This document shows, piece after piece, positions 50,729 through 61,032 of a stretch of DNA of 64,000 bases (position 1 is the first letter of the stretch; each line of letters begins with the position of its first letter). This stretch comes from Trueperaceae bacterium (lineage in GTDB: Bacteria; Deinococcota; Deinococci; Deinococcales; Trueperaceae). The translations under genes were made by a program, and so were the position numbers. Under the pieces are notes generated by a model that was not told the DNA's origin, searched no databases, and was given only the letters and a program-made list of their open reading frames with translations. Location of the stretch: the NCBI GenBank assembly GCA_965213705.1, contig OZ243913.1, positions 2,176,001 to 2,240,000 on the forward strand. The letters run 5' to 3'.

Positions 50729-51907
50729 ATGAAAAAACTCGCCCTCCTACTCGCCCTGGGGATTTTCAGCCTCAGCCTCGCCCAGACGCCCGGCGTCACG
50801 GACAGCGAAATCCGCATCGGCACCTGGGGGCCGCAGTCGGGCCCGGCCGCGGCCTGGGGCACGGTCACCACGGCCATCGACGCTTACTTTCAGTGGGTCA
50901 ACGACAACGGCGGCGTCAACGGGCGCGACCTGGTGCTCGTCTCTCGCGACGACGGTTACGACCCGGCGCGCAGCGTGGCGGCGGCGCGTGAACTGAACGA
51001 CCGCGAAAACGTCTTCGCCTTTGTGGCCGGCATCGGCACCGCGCCGGGCCTGGCAGTCATGCCCATCGTGCAGCGCAACGGCATCCCCTGGGTCAGCCCG
51101 GCGACGGGCTCGGGCGAATTCGCCGAGCAGTCGGAGGGTTTGGTGTTCGCGACCTTTACCGACTACGAGGTCGAGGCGGCGCTGATGACGCGCTACGCGG
51201 CCGAAGAACTCGGCAACAGCCGTGTCGCCGTGTTCTACCAAAACGACGACTACGGCGGCGAAGGCCTCGCCGGGGTCGAGAGCGAAATAGCCAAGCTGCA
51301 AGAGGCCGGCGAGGACGTGTCCGTTGTGGACACCGTGTCTTACGAGCGCGGCGAAACCAACATGGCGGTGCAGGCGTTGCGCTTAAGCGGCAGCGGCGCC
51401 GACGCGGTCGTCATGTACAGCACGCCTGCCGCGGCGGCCGCCCTCGTCAACGAGTTCCAAAAGCTCGAGTACAGCCCGCGCATCCTGGCCTCGACCACGC
51501 TGCTCGACCCCAGCCTGCTCGCCAACCCCGGCATGCAGGGCGCGCTGCTGTCGACCTTTTTGCGACTGCCCACCGCCATCGTCGGCGAGGGTAACGGCGA
51601 CCCCATCGCCGACGACGTGCTCGCCAACATCATCGTGGCCTACGCGCCCGAAGCGGCCCAGGACCCGTTTCGCTCGCTCGCGGGCGTCGCCTTCGCACAG
51701 CCGCTCGTCGAAGGCCTGCGGGCCGCCGGCCCCGACCTGACGCGCGAGAACTTTCTCGCGGCCATGAAAACCATCAGCGGCTATGACCAGGGCATGTTCG
51801 CCAACCTCGACTTTACCGAGGGCTACCAGGGCAACAACTCCATCGTCTTGTTGCAGATGACCCCGGAGGGCTTGCGGCCCGCCTCGGACGGGTTTATCAC
51901 CTATTGA
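50729..51907 (+). CDS. ABC substrate-binding protein (Liv family)
   Basis: signal peptide, GVTDSEIRIG, GGVNGR, DDGYDP. Confidence 0.9.
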   Translation: MKKLALLLALGIFSLSLAQTPGVTDSEIRIGTWGPQSGPAAAWGTVTTAIDAYFQWVNDNGGVNGRDLVLVSRDDGYDPARSVAAARELNDRENVFAFVAGIGTAPGLAVMPIVQRNGIPWVSPATGSGEFAEQSEGLVFATFTDYEVEAALMTRYAAEELGNSRVAVFYQNDDYGGEGLAGVESEIAKLQEAGEDVSVVDTVSYERGETNMAVQALRLSGSGADAVVMYSTPAAAAALVNEFQKLEYSPRILASTTLLDPSLLANPGMQGALLSTFLRLPTAIVGEGNGDPIADDVLANIIVAYAPEAAQDPFRSLAGVAFAQPLVEGLRAAGPDLTRENFLAAMKTISGYDQGMFANLDFTEGYQGNNSIVLLQMTPEGLRPASDGFITY

Positions 51908-51981
51908 GTCACGTGAGGGAGCGGAAGACCTCCGCTCCCCCTTTTTGTTTTTTAGGATTTTATTTTGCCAGGATTATTTCG

Positions 51982-52764
51982 GTGACCAAACCTCTGCTCG
52001 AGCTTGCCGACGTCACGTTGCGCTTCGGCGGTATCAGGGCGCTCTCCGGGGTCAGCTTTACCCTGGGCGACGACGAGGTGGTCGCCCTCATCGGGCCGAA
52101 CGGGGCGGGCAAGACGAGCATCTTCAACTGCATTTGCGGCTTTTACGAGCCGCAAGCGGGCGAGATTCGTTACAAAGGCGAGTCGATTCGCGGCCGCTCG
52201 CCCCACGCCGTGGCGCGGCTCGGGGTGGGGCGGGGCTTTCAAAACATCGAGCTGTTCGGCACGCTAACCTGTCTCGACAACCTCTTGCTGGGGCGACACC
52301 TGCACGTTCGCGCCGGCTTGCTGGGCGCGCTGCTCGGCACCGGGGCGTGGCGGCGCGACGAGGTGAGGCAGCGCCAGCGCGCCGAAGAAATCATGGACCT
52401 GCTCGACCTCCAAGCCTACCGCTCGACCCCCGTCGCGGCGCTGCCCTACGGCGTCCAAAAGCTCGTCGAGGTGGCGCGCGCCCTCGCCGCCGAGCCCGAA
52501 CTGCTGCTCCTCGACGAACCCACCGCCGGGATGACCGCCGAGGAAAAGGACGAGATGATGTTCCGGCTGTTGCGCCTGCGCCAGGACTTGGGCATCACCC
52601 TGCTGGTGGTCGAACACGACCTGCGCGTGGTCAGCCGGCTCGCCGAGCGCATCGTCGTCCTCGACTACGGCGTAAAAATCGCCGACGGCACGCCGCAAGA
52701 GGTGCAGCGCAACCCCGAGGTTATCAAAGCTTACCTGGGCGAGACACAGCTGGAGAAAGCGTGA
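51982..52764 (+). CDS. ABC ATPase (LivG-like)
   Basis: GPNGAGKT, LLLLDEP, VIKAYLG. Confidence 0.92.
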   Translation: MTKPLLELADVTLRFGGIRALSGVSFTLGDDEVVALIGPNGAGKTSIFNCICGFYEPQAGEIRYKGESIRGRSPHAVARLGVGRGFQNIELFGTLTCLDNLLLGRHLHVRAGLLGALLGTGAWRRDEVRQRQRAEEIMDLLDLQAYRSTPVAALPYGVQKLVEVARALAAEPELLLLDEPTAGMTAEEKDEMMFRLLRLRQDLGITLLVVEHDLRVVSRLAERIVVLDYGVKIADGTPQEVQRNPEVIKAYLGETQLEKA

Positions 52765-53528
52765 TTTTAGAACTCGCCAACGTCGAGTCGGGCTACCACA
52801 AGCGGCTGCCCGTCTTAAAAGGCGTGTCGATAGAGGTTGGCGAGGGCCAATGCGTCACTATTCTCGGCTCGAACGGGGCGGGCAAGAGCACGCTCCTAAA
52901 AACCATCATGAACCTCATCGACGACGAGCCGCGCAAGGGCGAGGTCACAGTGATGGGGGAGAGGGTGCAGGACGACTCCACCGAGCGCGTGGCGCGCTTG
53001 GGCATCGCCTACGTCGTCGAGGGGCGCGGCATGTTTCCCGAACTCACCGTGACCGAAAACTTGCAACTCGGCGCGTTTCACCGCCGTGACCGGGCGGGCG
53101 TCACCGAAGATTTGGACAAGGTCTACAGCCTGTTCCCGCGCCTCAAAGAGCGCGCGCGCCAGCAGTGCGGCACCATGTCGGGCGGCGAACAGCAAATGCT
53201 CGCCATCGCGCGGGCGCTCATGAGCCGGCCCAAGCTGATGATGCTGGACGAGCCCAGCCTCGGGCTCGCGCCGCTGCTGGTCGCGGAGATTTTCGACGTC
53301 ATCCGGGGCATCAACCGCGAGGGCGTGGGCGTGCTGCTGGTTGAGCAGAACGCGGCGCAGGCCCTGCGGATTGCAGACTACGGCTACGTGCTCGAGGGCG
53401 GCCGCATCGTCTTGGAGGGCACGGCTGAGGACCTCAGCGAAAACGAGAACGTGCAAGAGCTTTACCTCGGGGTGAACGCCCAGGCCGACAGCCGGATGTT
53501 CGTGCGGCGCAAACGGCGCTGGAACTGA
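52761..53528 (+). CDS. ABC ATPase (LivF-like)
   Basis: GSNGAGKS, SGGEQQM, DEPSLGLAP, EQNA. Confidence 0.92.
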   Translation: MILELANVESGYHKRLPVLKGVSIEVGEGQCVTILGSNGAGKSTLLKTIMNLIDDEPRKGEVTVMGERVQDDSTERVARLGIAYVVEGRGMFPELTVTENLQLGAFHRRDRAGVTEDLDKVYSLFPRLKERARQQCGTMSGGEQQMLAIARALMSRPKLMMLDEPSLGLAPLLVAEIFDVIRGINREGVGVLLVEQNAAQALRIADYGYVLEGGRIVLEGTAEDLSENENVQELYLGVNAQADSRMFVRRKRRWN

Positions 53529-53558
53529 GCGGGCCGTCTCAACCCCGACCTCCGTCAA

Positions 53559-53595
53559 CAAAAAGGGCCGGGCGCAACGTTGTGCCCGGCCCTTC
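53559..53595. terminator. bidirectional terminator
   Basis: AAAAAGGGCCGGGC...GCCCGGCCCTT between convergent operons. Confidence 0.7.
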
Positions 53596-53610
53596 TCTTG
53601 TCCGTTGGCG

Positions 53611-54666
53611 CTACTGCATCATGCTTTCGTGCACAGCTTCGTAGACACTTCCGTCGACAATCTCGTCGAACGTCACGGCCTCGTCGATAAGCCCGACCTG
53701 CACGAGCAAGTCGACCGAGCGCTCGAACGCCTCTTGACTAATCGCGCCGACTTGCGTGTTCGCGTCCGGCTTGACGAGTTCGGCGACCCGCGCCATCTGC
53801 CAGGTCTGGTGAACCTGCGGACTCTGGGTCGAGCCGGAGCCGTTGCAGGTGTCGCCGCATTGGGAAATCACGATTTCGACGGCCTCTTCCTGGTTGTCCA
53901 CGGCGTACTGCCAGCCTTTGATGGTCGCGCGTAAAAACCGCTCGGCGACCTCTTGGCCGGACAAACCGGAGCCTTTGAAGTCTTCGCTCGAGAGCAGTTC
54001 GGGCGTGGTGAAGATGAGGTCTTCGAGCAGGTTCGCACCTATTTCCGCCGGGTCGAGGACGTTGAGCGTGTCAAGCCCGTAGCCCAAGCCGACGATTTGG
54101 TCAAGTTCGTTGTAGGTCATCGCCGAGGCCACGTCAACCTCATTCGGGAACACGAGCGCCGGGTCGAAGGCGTAGACGACCGCGTTCACGTCGGGGTTCG
54201 TCACTGTCGGGTCGAGGTTCGAGGTCATCCCTTCGACGTCGAAAATCGCCTGCGAGACGAACTCGTTGCCGAAGCCCCAAACGCCCACCGTCCGCCCGGC
54301 CAGGTCGGGAAACTGCTCGATGCCCGAGTCTTTTAAGGCCACCATCCGGTAACCCGAGTCCTGGTAAATCTGCGCGATTTGCACGACCTCCAAACCCTGT
54401 GCCCGCTGCACGAGCATGTTGGCAATCCAGTCAGTACCGAAGTCGCAGTTGCCGCTGGCGACCTGCACCGTCGGGTTGACGTTGCCGCCGTCCAAAATGG
54501 TGACGTTCAAACCTTCTTCTTCGTAAAAACCTTTGGCCTGCGCGACGAAGTAACCCGCGAACTGCGCCTGCGGGAACCATTTGGACTGAAAGCACACGTC
54601 AACGAGGTCTTGCGCGAAGCCGAGGGAGAGGAGGGTGGCGGCGAGGGTGAACAGCAGTTTTTTCAT
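53611..54666 (-). CDS. NMT1/THI5-type ABC substrate-binding protein
   Basis: KWFPQAQFAGYFVA, GFYEEEGL, AMTYNE. Confidence 0.9.
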   Translation of the reverse strand: MKKLLFTLAATLLSLGFAQDLVDVCFQSKWFPQAQFAGYFVAQAKGFYEEEGLNVTILDGGNVNPTVQVASGNCDFGTDWIANMLVQRAQGLEVVQIAQIYQDSGYRMVALKDSGIEQFPDLAGRTVGVWGFGNEFVSQAIFDVEGMTSNLDPTVTNPDVNAVVYAFDPALVFPNEVDVASAMTYNELDQIVGLGYGLDTLNVLDPAEIGANLLEDLIFTTPELLSSEDFKGSGLSGQEVAERFLRATIKGWQYAVDNQEEAVEIVISQCGDTCNGSGSTQSPQVHQTWQMARVAELVKPDANTQVGAISQEAFERSVDLLVQVGLIDEAVTFDEIVDGSVYEAVHESMMQ

Positions 54667-54794
54667 GATTTCTCCTTTGGGGTGGGGGAGTAGGGGACGG
54701 AGTAGGGGAGAAAAGGCTCGTGACTCTACTTTCTCCTTTTTCCACTTTCTCCTCAATGCTTGTGACCGAGACAAAATACCCACTGAAGCTTACC

Positions 54795-55922
54795 TCATCT
54801 TCCCTCCTCTCTGAACGACGGATGCCAACTCGTAAGCAGGCGCTCGAGCGCCGAAAGTAGGCCGTAGAGCAGAATCGAGAAAAAGCTCGAGACGAAAATC
54901 GCCGCGAACACCACGTCGTAAGCCCCGCGCCGCGCTGACAAGGAAATGCGCTGGCCCAAACCGATAGGCGGCCCCGGAATTAAGAACTCCGCGACGATGA
55001 CGCTGATGACCGAGAGCACGGCGGCGAGCTTGAGCGCGTTGAACAGGTAGGGCAGCGCGTTCGGCAGGCGCAGTTTGAAAAAGATGTCGCGCGGCCCGGC
55101 GGCGTAGGCTCTTAAAAGCTCGAGCTTCAGCGGGTCAACAAGCGTCAACCCCTGGACCGTGTTCAGCACGACCGGAAAAAAGGTGACGATGACGACGACC
55201 GCCGCCTTGGACTCCCAATCGACCCCGAAGGCCCGGCCCAGCACCGGCGCGAGCCCCACAATCGGCACCGCCCCGAACGCCGCCGCGAGCGGCAAAAAGC
55301 CGCGCTGCAAAAAAGGCGAGTAGGCGATAGCGACGCCGACCAGAAAGCCCGCGGCGAGACCGAGCGTAAAGCCGAAGGCGACCTCTTTGACAAAAGTGAC
55401 GTAGCTGTCGTTGAGCAGCACCGGCAGGCTCGCGGTGAGTTGGTCATAAACGTTCGTGACGCTCGGAAAAATCCCTTTTGGCACGCGGTAGCCCACGACC
55501 AGACCTTGCCAAACGAGCAGCAGCAGAAAAGGTACGGTGGCGGGCGGTAAACCTCGGCGCAGACGTTTGAGAAAAGAGGATTCGCCCGACTTTTCTTCGA
55601 CGAGGCTCACGCGACCCGTCGCAAACACAGCCGCGAGGAGAGTGCCCCAAAAGAGCGCCCAGTAGCCCCAGGCACCGCTCGAGGTTAGCGGCTCGAGCCC
55701 CCGCACCGCCCAAAACGACCCCAGCAGCCCGAGCGGAACGGTAAGCGTTAGGGTCCACACGTTGCCGACCAAAGCCAGCACGAGCATCGCTAAAACGACG
55801 GCGAGACCGGGAAAGCCGACAACCTCGAGCGTCGTCACGCCTCCCGCACCGAACGGCCCGAATATGCCGACCAACGCGACGACGGCGCACGCCACGACAA
55901 ACAGCGCGGGTCTGAACCTCAC
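54795..55922 (-). CDS. NitT/TauT-family ABC permease
   Basis: FFPVVLNTVQG, LRLPNALPYLF, IVAEF; extra N-terminal TM segments. Confidence 0.85.
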   Translation of the reverse strand: MRFRPALFVVACAVVALVGIFGPFGAGGVTTLEVVGFPGLAVVLAMLVLALVGNVWTLTLTVPLGLLGSFWAVRGLEPLTSSGAWGYWALFWGTLLAAVFATGRVSLVEEKSGESSFLKRLRRGLPPATVPFLLLLVWQGLVVGYRVPKGIFPSVTNVYDQLTASLPVLLNDSYVTFVKEVAFGFTLGLAAGFLVGVAIAYSPFLQRGFLPLAAAFGAVPIVGLAPVLGRAFGVDWESKAAVVVIVTFFPVVLNTVQGLTLVDPLKLELLRAYAAGPRDIFFKLRLPNALPYLFNALKLAAVLSVISVIVAEFLIPGPPIGLGQRISLSARRGAYDVVFAAIFVSSFFSILLYGLLSALERLLTSWHPSFREEGR

Positions 55923-57223
55923 GCCCGCTCCCAGGGTGCTATGACACGTTGCAAAAACGACACGAGCGCGACCAGGCCAATGCCGAGCAAACCCGAGATG
56001 ATGAGCAAAATCCACACGTCGGCCACGTTGCCCGACTGCACCTGCCCCAAAATCTGAAAGCCCAAGCCCCGCCGGTTGTTCGACTCGGTCTCGGCGACGA
56101 GCGCGCCGACCAGCGCCGCGGCGGTGCCAAGCTTCAGGCCGGTGAAAAAGAAGGGCACCGCCGCCGGAAACCGCACCTTGAAAAAGACTTGCAACGGCGT
56201 CGCCGCGTAGGACTTCATCAGGTCGAGCGCGAGCGGGTCGACCGCGCGCAACCCCTTCACCGTGCTCACCACGACCGGAAAAAAGCAGATGTACGCGCCG
56301 ATGATCGCCGTCGGCAGCAAACTCGTCTGGATGGTGATGCCGAAGTTGCCGAGCACGAGCAGCAGCACCGGCACGAGCGCGATGATGGGAATGGTTTGCG
56401 AGGCAATCGTCCAGGGCAATAGCGCGCGTTCAAGCGGCCGAAACAACACGAACAGCGCCGCCAACACGATGCCCACTGCCCCACCGAGTGCGAGCGCGGC
56501 GAGCGTCCCGAGCGTCGTGTAGAGCGTCGCCCGCACCACGTTACGCTCATCATAAAGCGCATATTTTGAGAAAAACGGCCCCACCCGCGCGGCTATCCAA
56601 TGGGGAAACGGCACCGGATGCTGCGGCAGCGCGTAGAAACACTCGAGCACCGTCGCCCCGCAACTCGGTCGGGAATAAACCGTGTACTGCTTCGTCCACA
56701 GCGTTGCGCCCACACTCGGCGCTTCGGCCAGCAAAACTTGGCCCTTGGCCGGACTGTTTACGAAATAATCCCGGTACTGCCGCACCTGCGCGTTGCGCGG
56801 CGGCGGTCTTGCAAAGGTGACGACGTTGCCGTTGCGGTTATAGTCTACGCCGTCCTCGAGCACGCTCCCATCCACTACGACGAGTCCTTTGCTGCTCTCA
56901 AAAGTAAAAGCATTCTGCACGCCGTCCACCCGCTCCTGCGGGCGCTCCGAAATGTCGGTAAGTTGAAGATTGTCGAGATAGAGTTCTCGAGCCCCGTCGT
57001 TCTCCACCACGTTTTTCTGCGGAAACGCAAACACCCGGTTTTCGCCGTCGATTTCACCGTCGAGTTGTCCACTCGCCACGTCCGCGCTCACCGTTTCTTT
57101 GCTCCACTTGCGCAAGTCGTTTCGGTCGCGCAGCGCCAGCGGCAACCCGAACAGCAGCGCCAGCGGATAGCCGAGCAGGATGAGGACGACGAGGGTGATG
57201 AGAATTGGAAGGTAGCGGTTCAT
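55919..57223 (-). CDS. NitT/TauT-family ABC permease with a large inserted beta-rich domain
   Basis: QTIPIIAL, FFPVVV, VRFPAAVP, ALVAE; soluble insert of roughly 190 aa. Confidence 0.85.
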   Translation of the reverse strand: MNRYLPILITLVVLILLGYPLALLFGLPLALRDRNDLRKWSKETVSADVASGQLDGEIDGENRVFAFPQKNVVENDGARELYLDNLQLTDISERPQERVDGVQNAFTFESSKGLVVVDGSVLEDGVDYNRNGNVVTFARPPPRNAQVRQYRDYFVNSPAKGQVLLAEAPSVGATLWTKQYTVYSRPSCGATVLECFYALPQHPVPFPHWIAARVGPFFSKYALYDERNVVRATLYTTLGTLAALALGGAVGIVLAALFVLFRPLERALLPWTIASQTIPIIALVPVLLLVLGNFGITIQTSLLPTAIIGAYICFFPVVVSTVKGLRAVDPLALDLMKSYAATPLQVFFKVRFPAAVPFFFTGLKLGTAAALVGALVAETESNNRRGLGFQILGQVQSGNVADVWILLIISGLLGIGLVALVSFLQRVIAPWERA

Positions 57224-57303
57224 AGAAGGGAGGAGAAAGGAAAAAGGAAAAAGTGAACAGTAAAAGCCTCTTTCTCCTTTCTCCTTTTCCCTTTCTCCTG
57301 CAT

Positions 57304-58095
57304 CTAATGCACCCCCCGCAACGCTTCTCTGACTTCCGTGGCGAGGTCGAAAAACGCTCGCGATTCCCTCGTATCGTTGTCGCGCGGGTAGGGAAGACCG
57401 ACGGGGATGATGCGCTCGATTTTGCCGGGGCGCGGCGTCATCACCACGATACGGCTGCTTAAGAAAACGGCTTCGGGAATCGAGTGAGTGACGAAGACGA
57501 CCGTCTTGCGAGTTTCCTGCCAGATGCGCAGGAGTTCCAAGTTCATCGTCTCGCGGGTGATTTCGTCGAGCGCGCCGAAGGGCTCGTCCATGAGGAGGAG
57601 TTTCGGGTCGAAGGCAAGGGCTCGAGCGATGGAAACGCGCTGCTGCATCCCGCCGGAGAGTTGCCAGGGGTACTGTTTGTGAAAATCTTGCAAACCGACC
57701 ATTTCGAGCAGGTGCGCCGCTTTTGAGCGCCGCTCGGCCTTGGAAAAGCCCATAATTTCTAGCGGCAGCATCACGTTTTTAATGACCGTGCGCCAGTCGT
57801 AGAGCACCGGGGCTTGAAACACGTAGCCGTACTCGCGGCTGAGGCGAGCTTCTCGAGGCGTCTTGCCCGCGACCAACAACTCGCCCGAGGTCGGCTCGAG
57901 GAGGTCGGCGATTAAGCGCAACAGCGTCGTCTTACCGCAGCCCGACGGCCCGATGAGGCTGATGAACTCACCCTCGCCAATCTTGAGATTCGCGTCTTTC
58001 AGCGCCACCGTCTCGGTGCCGCGGCCCCGGTAGACCATGTTGAGCTTGCGAATGGCGATGACGGTTTGGGTGCGAGTCGGTGAGGCGGTCGTCAT
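57304..58095 (-). CDS. NitT/TauT-family ABC ATPase
   Basis: [33 protein letters not shown]. Confidence 0.93.
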   Translation of the reverse strand: MTTASPTRTQTVIAIRKLNMVYRGRGTETVALKDANLKIGEGEFISLIGPSGCGKTTLLRLIADLLEPTSGELLVAGKTPREARLSREYGYVFQAPVLYDWRTVIKNVMLPLEIMGFSKAERRSKAAHLLEMVGLQDFHKQYPWQLSGGMQQRVSIARALAFDPKLLLMDEPFGALDEITRETMNLELLRIWQETRKTVVFVTHSIPEAVFLSSRIVVMTPRPGKIERIIPVGLPYPRDNDTRESRAFFDLATEVREALRGVH

Positions 58096-58158
58096 AAGGT
58101 TGCTTCGTATCTTATCTTTTTACGGCGGGCGCTGCCCGGTTGCGCTAAACTTTCAATT

Positions 58159-58851
58159 ATGGTCGAAGTTAAAGCACGGGCAACTGCTCTCGAGACTCCC
58201 GAACTCATGAACGGCGACAAACTGACCCGGCACGAGTTCGAGCGGCGCTATCACGCCATGCCGGAACTAAAGAAAGCTGAACTGCTCGAGGGAGTTGTCT
58301 ATATGGGTTCGCCCGTCAGTTTTGAAAGACATGCCGGACCTCACGCTGATTTGATGACGTGGTTAGGTTTTTATCGCGCCATGACGCCTGGTGTTCTCTC
58401 GGGTGACAACGGCACGGTGCGTTTGGACAACGACAACGAGCCTCAACCGGACGCCTTTTTGTTCATCGTGTCGGGTGGGCAAGCCCATATCGGGGAAGAC
58501 GGTTACTTGGAGGGTGCGCCGGAGCTAGCTGCTGAGATTGCCGCCAGCAGCGTCTCCTACGACCTGCACGTCAAGCTGGATGTTTACCGCCGCAGTGGAG
58601 TACGAGAGTATCTGGTTTGGCGTATAGATGATGAAGCCTTCGACTGGTTCGTGCTGAACGAGGGAAGGTACGAAAGGCTCGAGCCCGCAACAAGCATTCT
58701 GACAAGCCGAACCTTTCCCGGTCTCCAGTTGGACGCAGAGGCTTTGCTCAGGGGTGATACGGCTCGAGTTTTGAACGTCCTGCAAGAAGGCATTGGAACA
58801 AAAGAGCATGAGGCGTTTGTGAAAGGGTTGGGGGCTCGAAGTAAAGGCTGA
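58159..58851 (+). CDS. Uma2-family (PD-(D/E)xK) endonuclease
   Basis: ELLEGVVYM, EPQPD, PELAAEIAASS, K.DVYRRSGVREY. Confidence 0.88.
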   Translation: MVEVKARATALETPELMNGDKLTRHEFERRYHAMPELKKAELLEGVVYMGSPVSFERHAGPHADLMTWLGFYRAMTPGVLSGDNGTVRLDNDNEPQPDAFLFIVSGGQAHIGEDGYLEGAPELAAEIAASSVSYDLHVKLDVYRRSGVREYLVWRIDDEAFDWFVLNEGRYERLEPATSILTSRTFPGLQLDAEALLRGDTARVLNVLQEGIGTKEHEAFVKGLGARSKG

Positions 58852-58937
58852 GTAGTCGTTGGCTAAGCTCAATACGATTTAAGTTTATATTGGGCCTTTG
58901 GTAGAGAAGTTCAACACTCATTGACATTTACTGCAAT

Positions 58938-59462
58938 TTACCAAGACCAAACTTCTCCACGAAAGCTAACCGAAACACCAATCTGCCGTATAGTTTCTGT
59001 GTCGAAGTAAGTTTCACCGTCAACAGTTACGCCCAAAGCTTCGTTGAGGTCCGAGTACCTGACGTGCTTAACTACAAAGTTGCTGTCTTGCCCATTAAAA
59101 ATCCACCTTTCTCTCACTGTTGAATAGTTGGTTATGGTGGTGAAGTGATAGTAGTAGGCATCGCCTACACTTCTGATTTCCCTTCGTAGGTCTTCATCTG
59201 AAACATATTCATCGTGCCAAGTCTGGATTATAAGAACAAATGCAGTATTAGGGTCAGAAGAAGGATTAAACGATATAAGGTTAAAAGAGTTAATATTGTC
59301 GCTATCAGGGCGGCCCATTTGGATTTCAAACTGCATAGTCAGAAACTCTGCTATTGTTATATCTGCTGAACTCCCGCTCCAACTGGGCGATTGAGCTATA
59401 CCAAAGGCAAAAAATGTAAAAAGGAGTAGGCTGACACAGGTATTGACTGCTTTCCATCTCAT
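58938..59462 (-). CDS. AT-rich secreted hypothetical protein
   Basis: signal peptide; visibly lower GC than its flanks. Confidence 0.6.
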   Translation of the reverse strand: MRWKAVNTCVSLLLFTFFAFGIAQSPSWSGSSADITIAEFLTMQFEIQMGRPDSDNINSFNLISFNPSSDPNTAFVLIIQTWHDEYVSDEDLRREIRSVGDAYYYHFTTITNYSTVRERWIFNGQDSNFVVKHVRYSDLNEALGVTVDGETYFDTETIRQIGVSVSFRGEVWSW

Positions 59463-59637
59463 AACAGATTGTCACCTTACCTCATCGTTACTGTTACGTG
59501 TTGAGCATTTGCCAAGCATCTTGCGCTTTAACGACTGTACGATTTCTCTTTTCCTACAAACTTATCTTCTCGCACTGTTACCTCAATCTGCGAGCGCGAG
59601 TTTTTCCTCGAGCCACACCGGTTTACAAGCTTGTTGG

Positions 59638-61011
59638 TTACATGCTCACATCCCGCCTCAACAGCTTGCCGCGCCCTTCTTCACCGACAAACTCCCCATC
59701 CCGCGCCGCCACCTTGCCCCGCACCGTGACCACGCTCGGGCGGCCGTCGATTTCAAAGCCTTCAAAGGCGCTGTAGTCGTTGTTCATGTGCTGCGTCTCG
59801 ACTGAAATTTTGCCGCGGTAGCTCGGGTCGTAGACAACCAAATCAGCATCCTTGCCGACCGCGACCTCACCTTTTTGCGTGAGGCCGAAGAGTTGCGCGA
59901 CCCTCGTCGAAGCCGCGTCCACAAAGCGGTGGATGTCCAAATTCCCCCGGCTCACGCCGTAGGTATAGAGGAGGTTGATGCGGTCTTCAATTGCGGGCAT
60001 TCCGTTGGGAATTTGGGTAAAGTCGTTTTTGCCCAGAGCTTTTTGCTTCACGTCGAAGGGGCAGTGGTCGGTGCCGACGGTGTCGATGTCGCCCCGGTTG
60101 AGCGCGTCCCAAAGCGCGCGTTGGTTCGCCTTGTCGCGCAGCGGCGGCGACATGACGTACTTGGCCCCCTCGACGCCGTCCCGCTCCGCGTAGGTTTTGT
60201 CGAGAACGAAGTGTGGGATGACCGCTTCGACAGCGAGACTGACGCCCCTCGCCTTGGCAGCAAGCGCCTCTTTCAGCGCGAGTTCGTTGCTGAGGTGGAC
60301 GACGTAGCCTCTGGCCCCGGTCGCCTCCAAAAACGTAGCGAAGTGATGCGTTCCGTCTGCCTCGACCGTCACCGGGCGGCTCGGCTCGTGCCATTCGGGG
60401 CCGGTCTTGCCCTCGTCGAGCAAGCGCTTTTGGAGTTGCGCCACGAGTTCGTCGTTCTCACAGTGCGCGGTGACGATGACGCCGAGTTCTTTGGCGAGCG
60501 TCAAGGTTTTGAAAAGCTCCTCGTCGTTCACGCCGAAAAAGTTTTTATAGGCCAAAAAGACCTTGAACGAGGTCATGCCCTCTTTGACGAGCTCGCGCAG
60601 TTGCCCTTCGGTGTCGTCATCAAACTTCGAAACGCCGATGTGAAAGGTGTAGTCGCAAGCGCTGTTGCCCTTAGCCTTGGAAGTCCACAGGTCGTAGCCT
60701 TCCATCAGGTCTTCGTTTCTCGAGGGCGCGAGCATCTCGATATAGGTCGTGGTGCCGCCGACGAGCGCCGCCTTGGAGGCCGTTTCGTGGGTGTCTTTAG
60801 CAAAAGTAGACATGAAGGGCAGGTAGATATGTACGTGCGGGTCGATAAAGCCGGGGAAGACGTACTTGCCCGAAGCGTCGATGACCTCGGCCCCCGGCGG
60901 CGCTTCTAAATCCGGCCCGATGCGGCTGACGGTTTCGTCCTCGACGTAGATGTCGGCTTTGGTGCGCGTGTCGGCGGTGATGATTTCGCCGTTTTTGATG
61001 AGCAAAGACAT
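59638..61011 (-). CDS. hydA: dihydropyrimidinase
   Basis: PGFIDPHVH, GGTTT, SFKVF, AHCEN, VMSPPLR, TDHCPF. Confidence 0.93.
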   Translation of the reverse strand: MSLLIKNGEIITADTRTKADIYVEDETVSRIGPDLEAPPGAEVIDASGKYVFPGFIDPHVHIYLPFMSTFAKDTHETASKAALVGGTTTYIEMLAPSRNEDLMEGYDLWTSKAKGNSACDYTFHIGVSKFDDDTEGQLRELVKEGMTSFKVFLAYKNFFGVNDEELFKTLTLAKELGVIVTAHCENDELVAQLQKRLLDEGKTGPEWHEPSRPVTVEADGTHHFATFLEATGARGYVVHLSNELALKEALAAKARGVSLAVEAVIPHFVLDKTYAERDGVEGAKYVMSPPLRDKANQRALWDALNRGDIDTVGTDHCPFDVKQKALGKNDFTQIPNGMPAIEDRINLLYTYGVSRGNLDIHRFVDAASTRVAQLFGLTQKGEVAVGKDADLVVYDPSYRGKISVETQHMNNDYSAFEGFEIDGRPSVVTVRGKVAARDGEFVGEEGRGKLLRRDVSM

Positions 61012-61032
61012 TGGAATAGACCTCTTCTTTCT

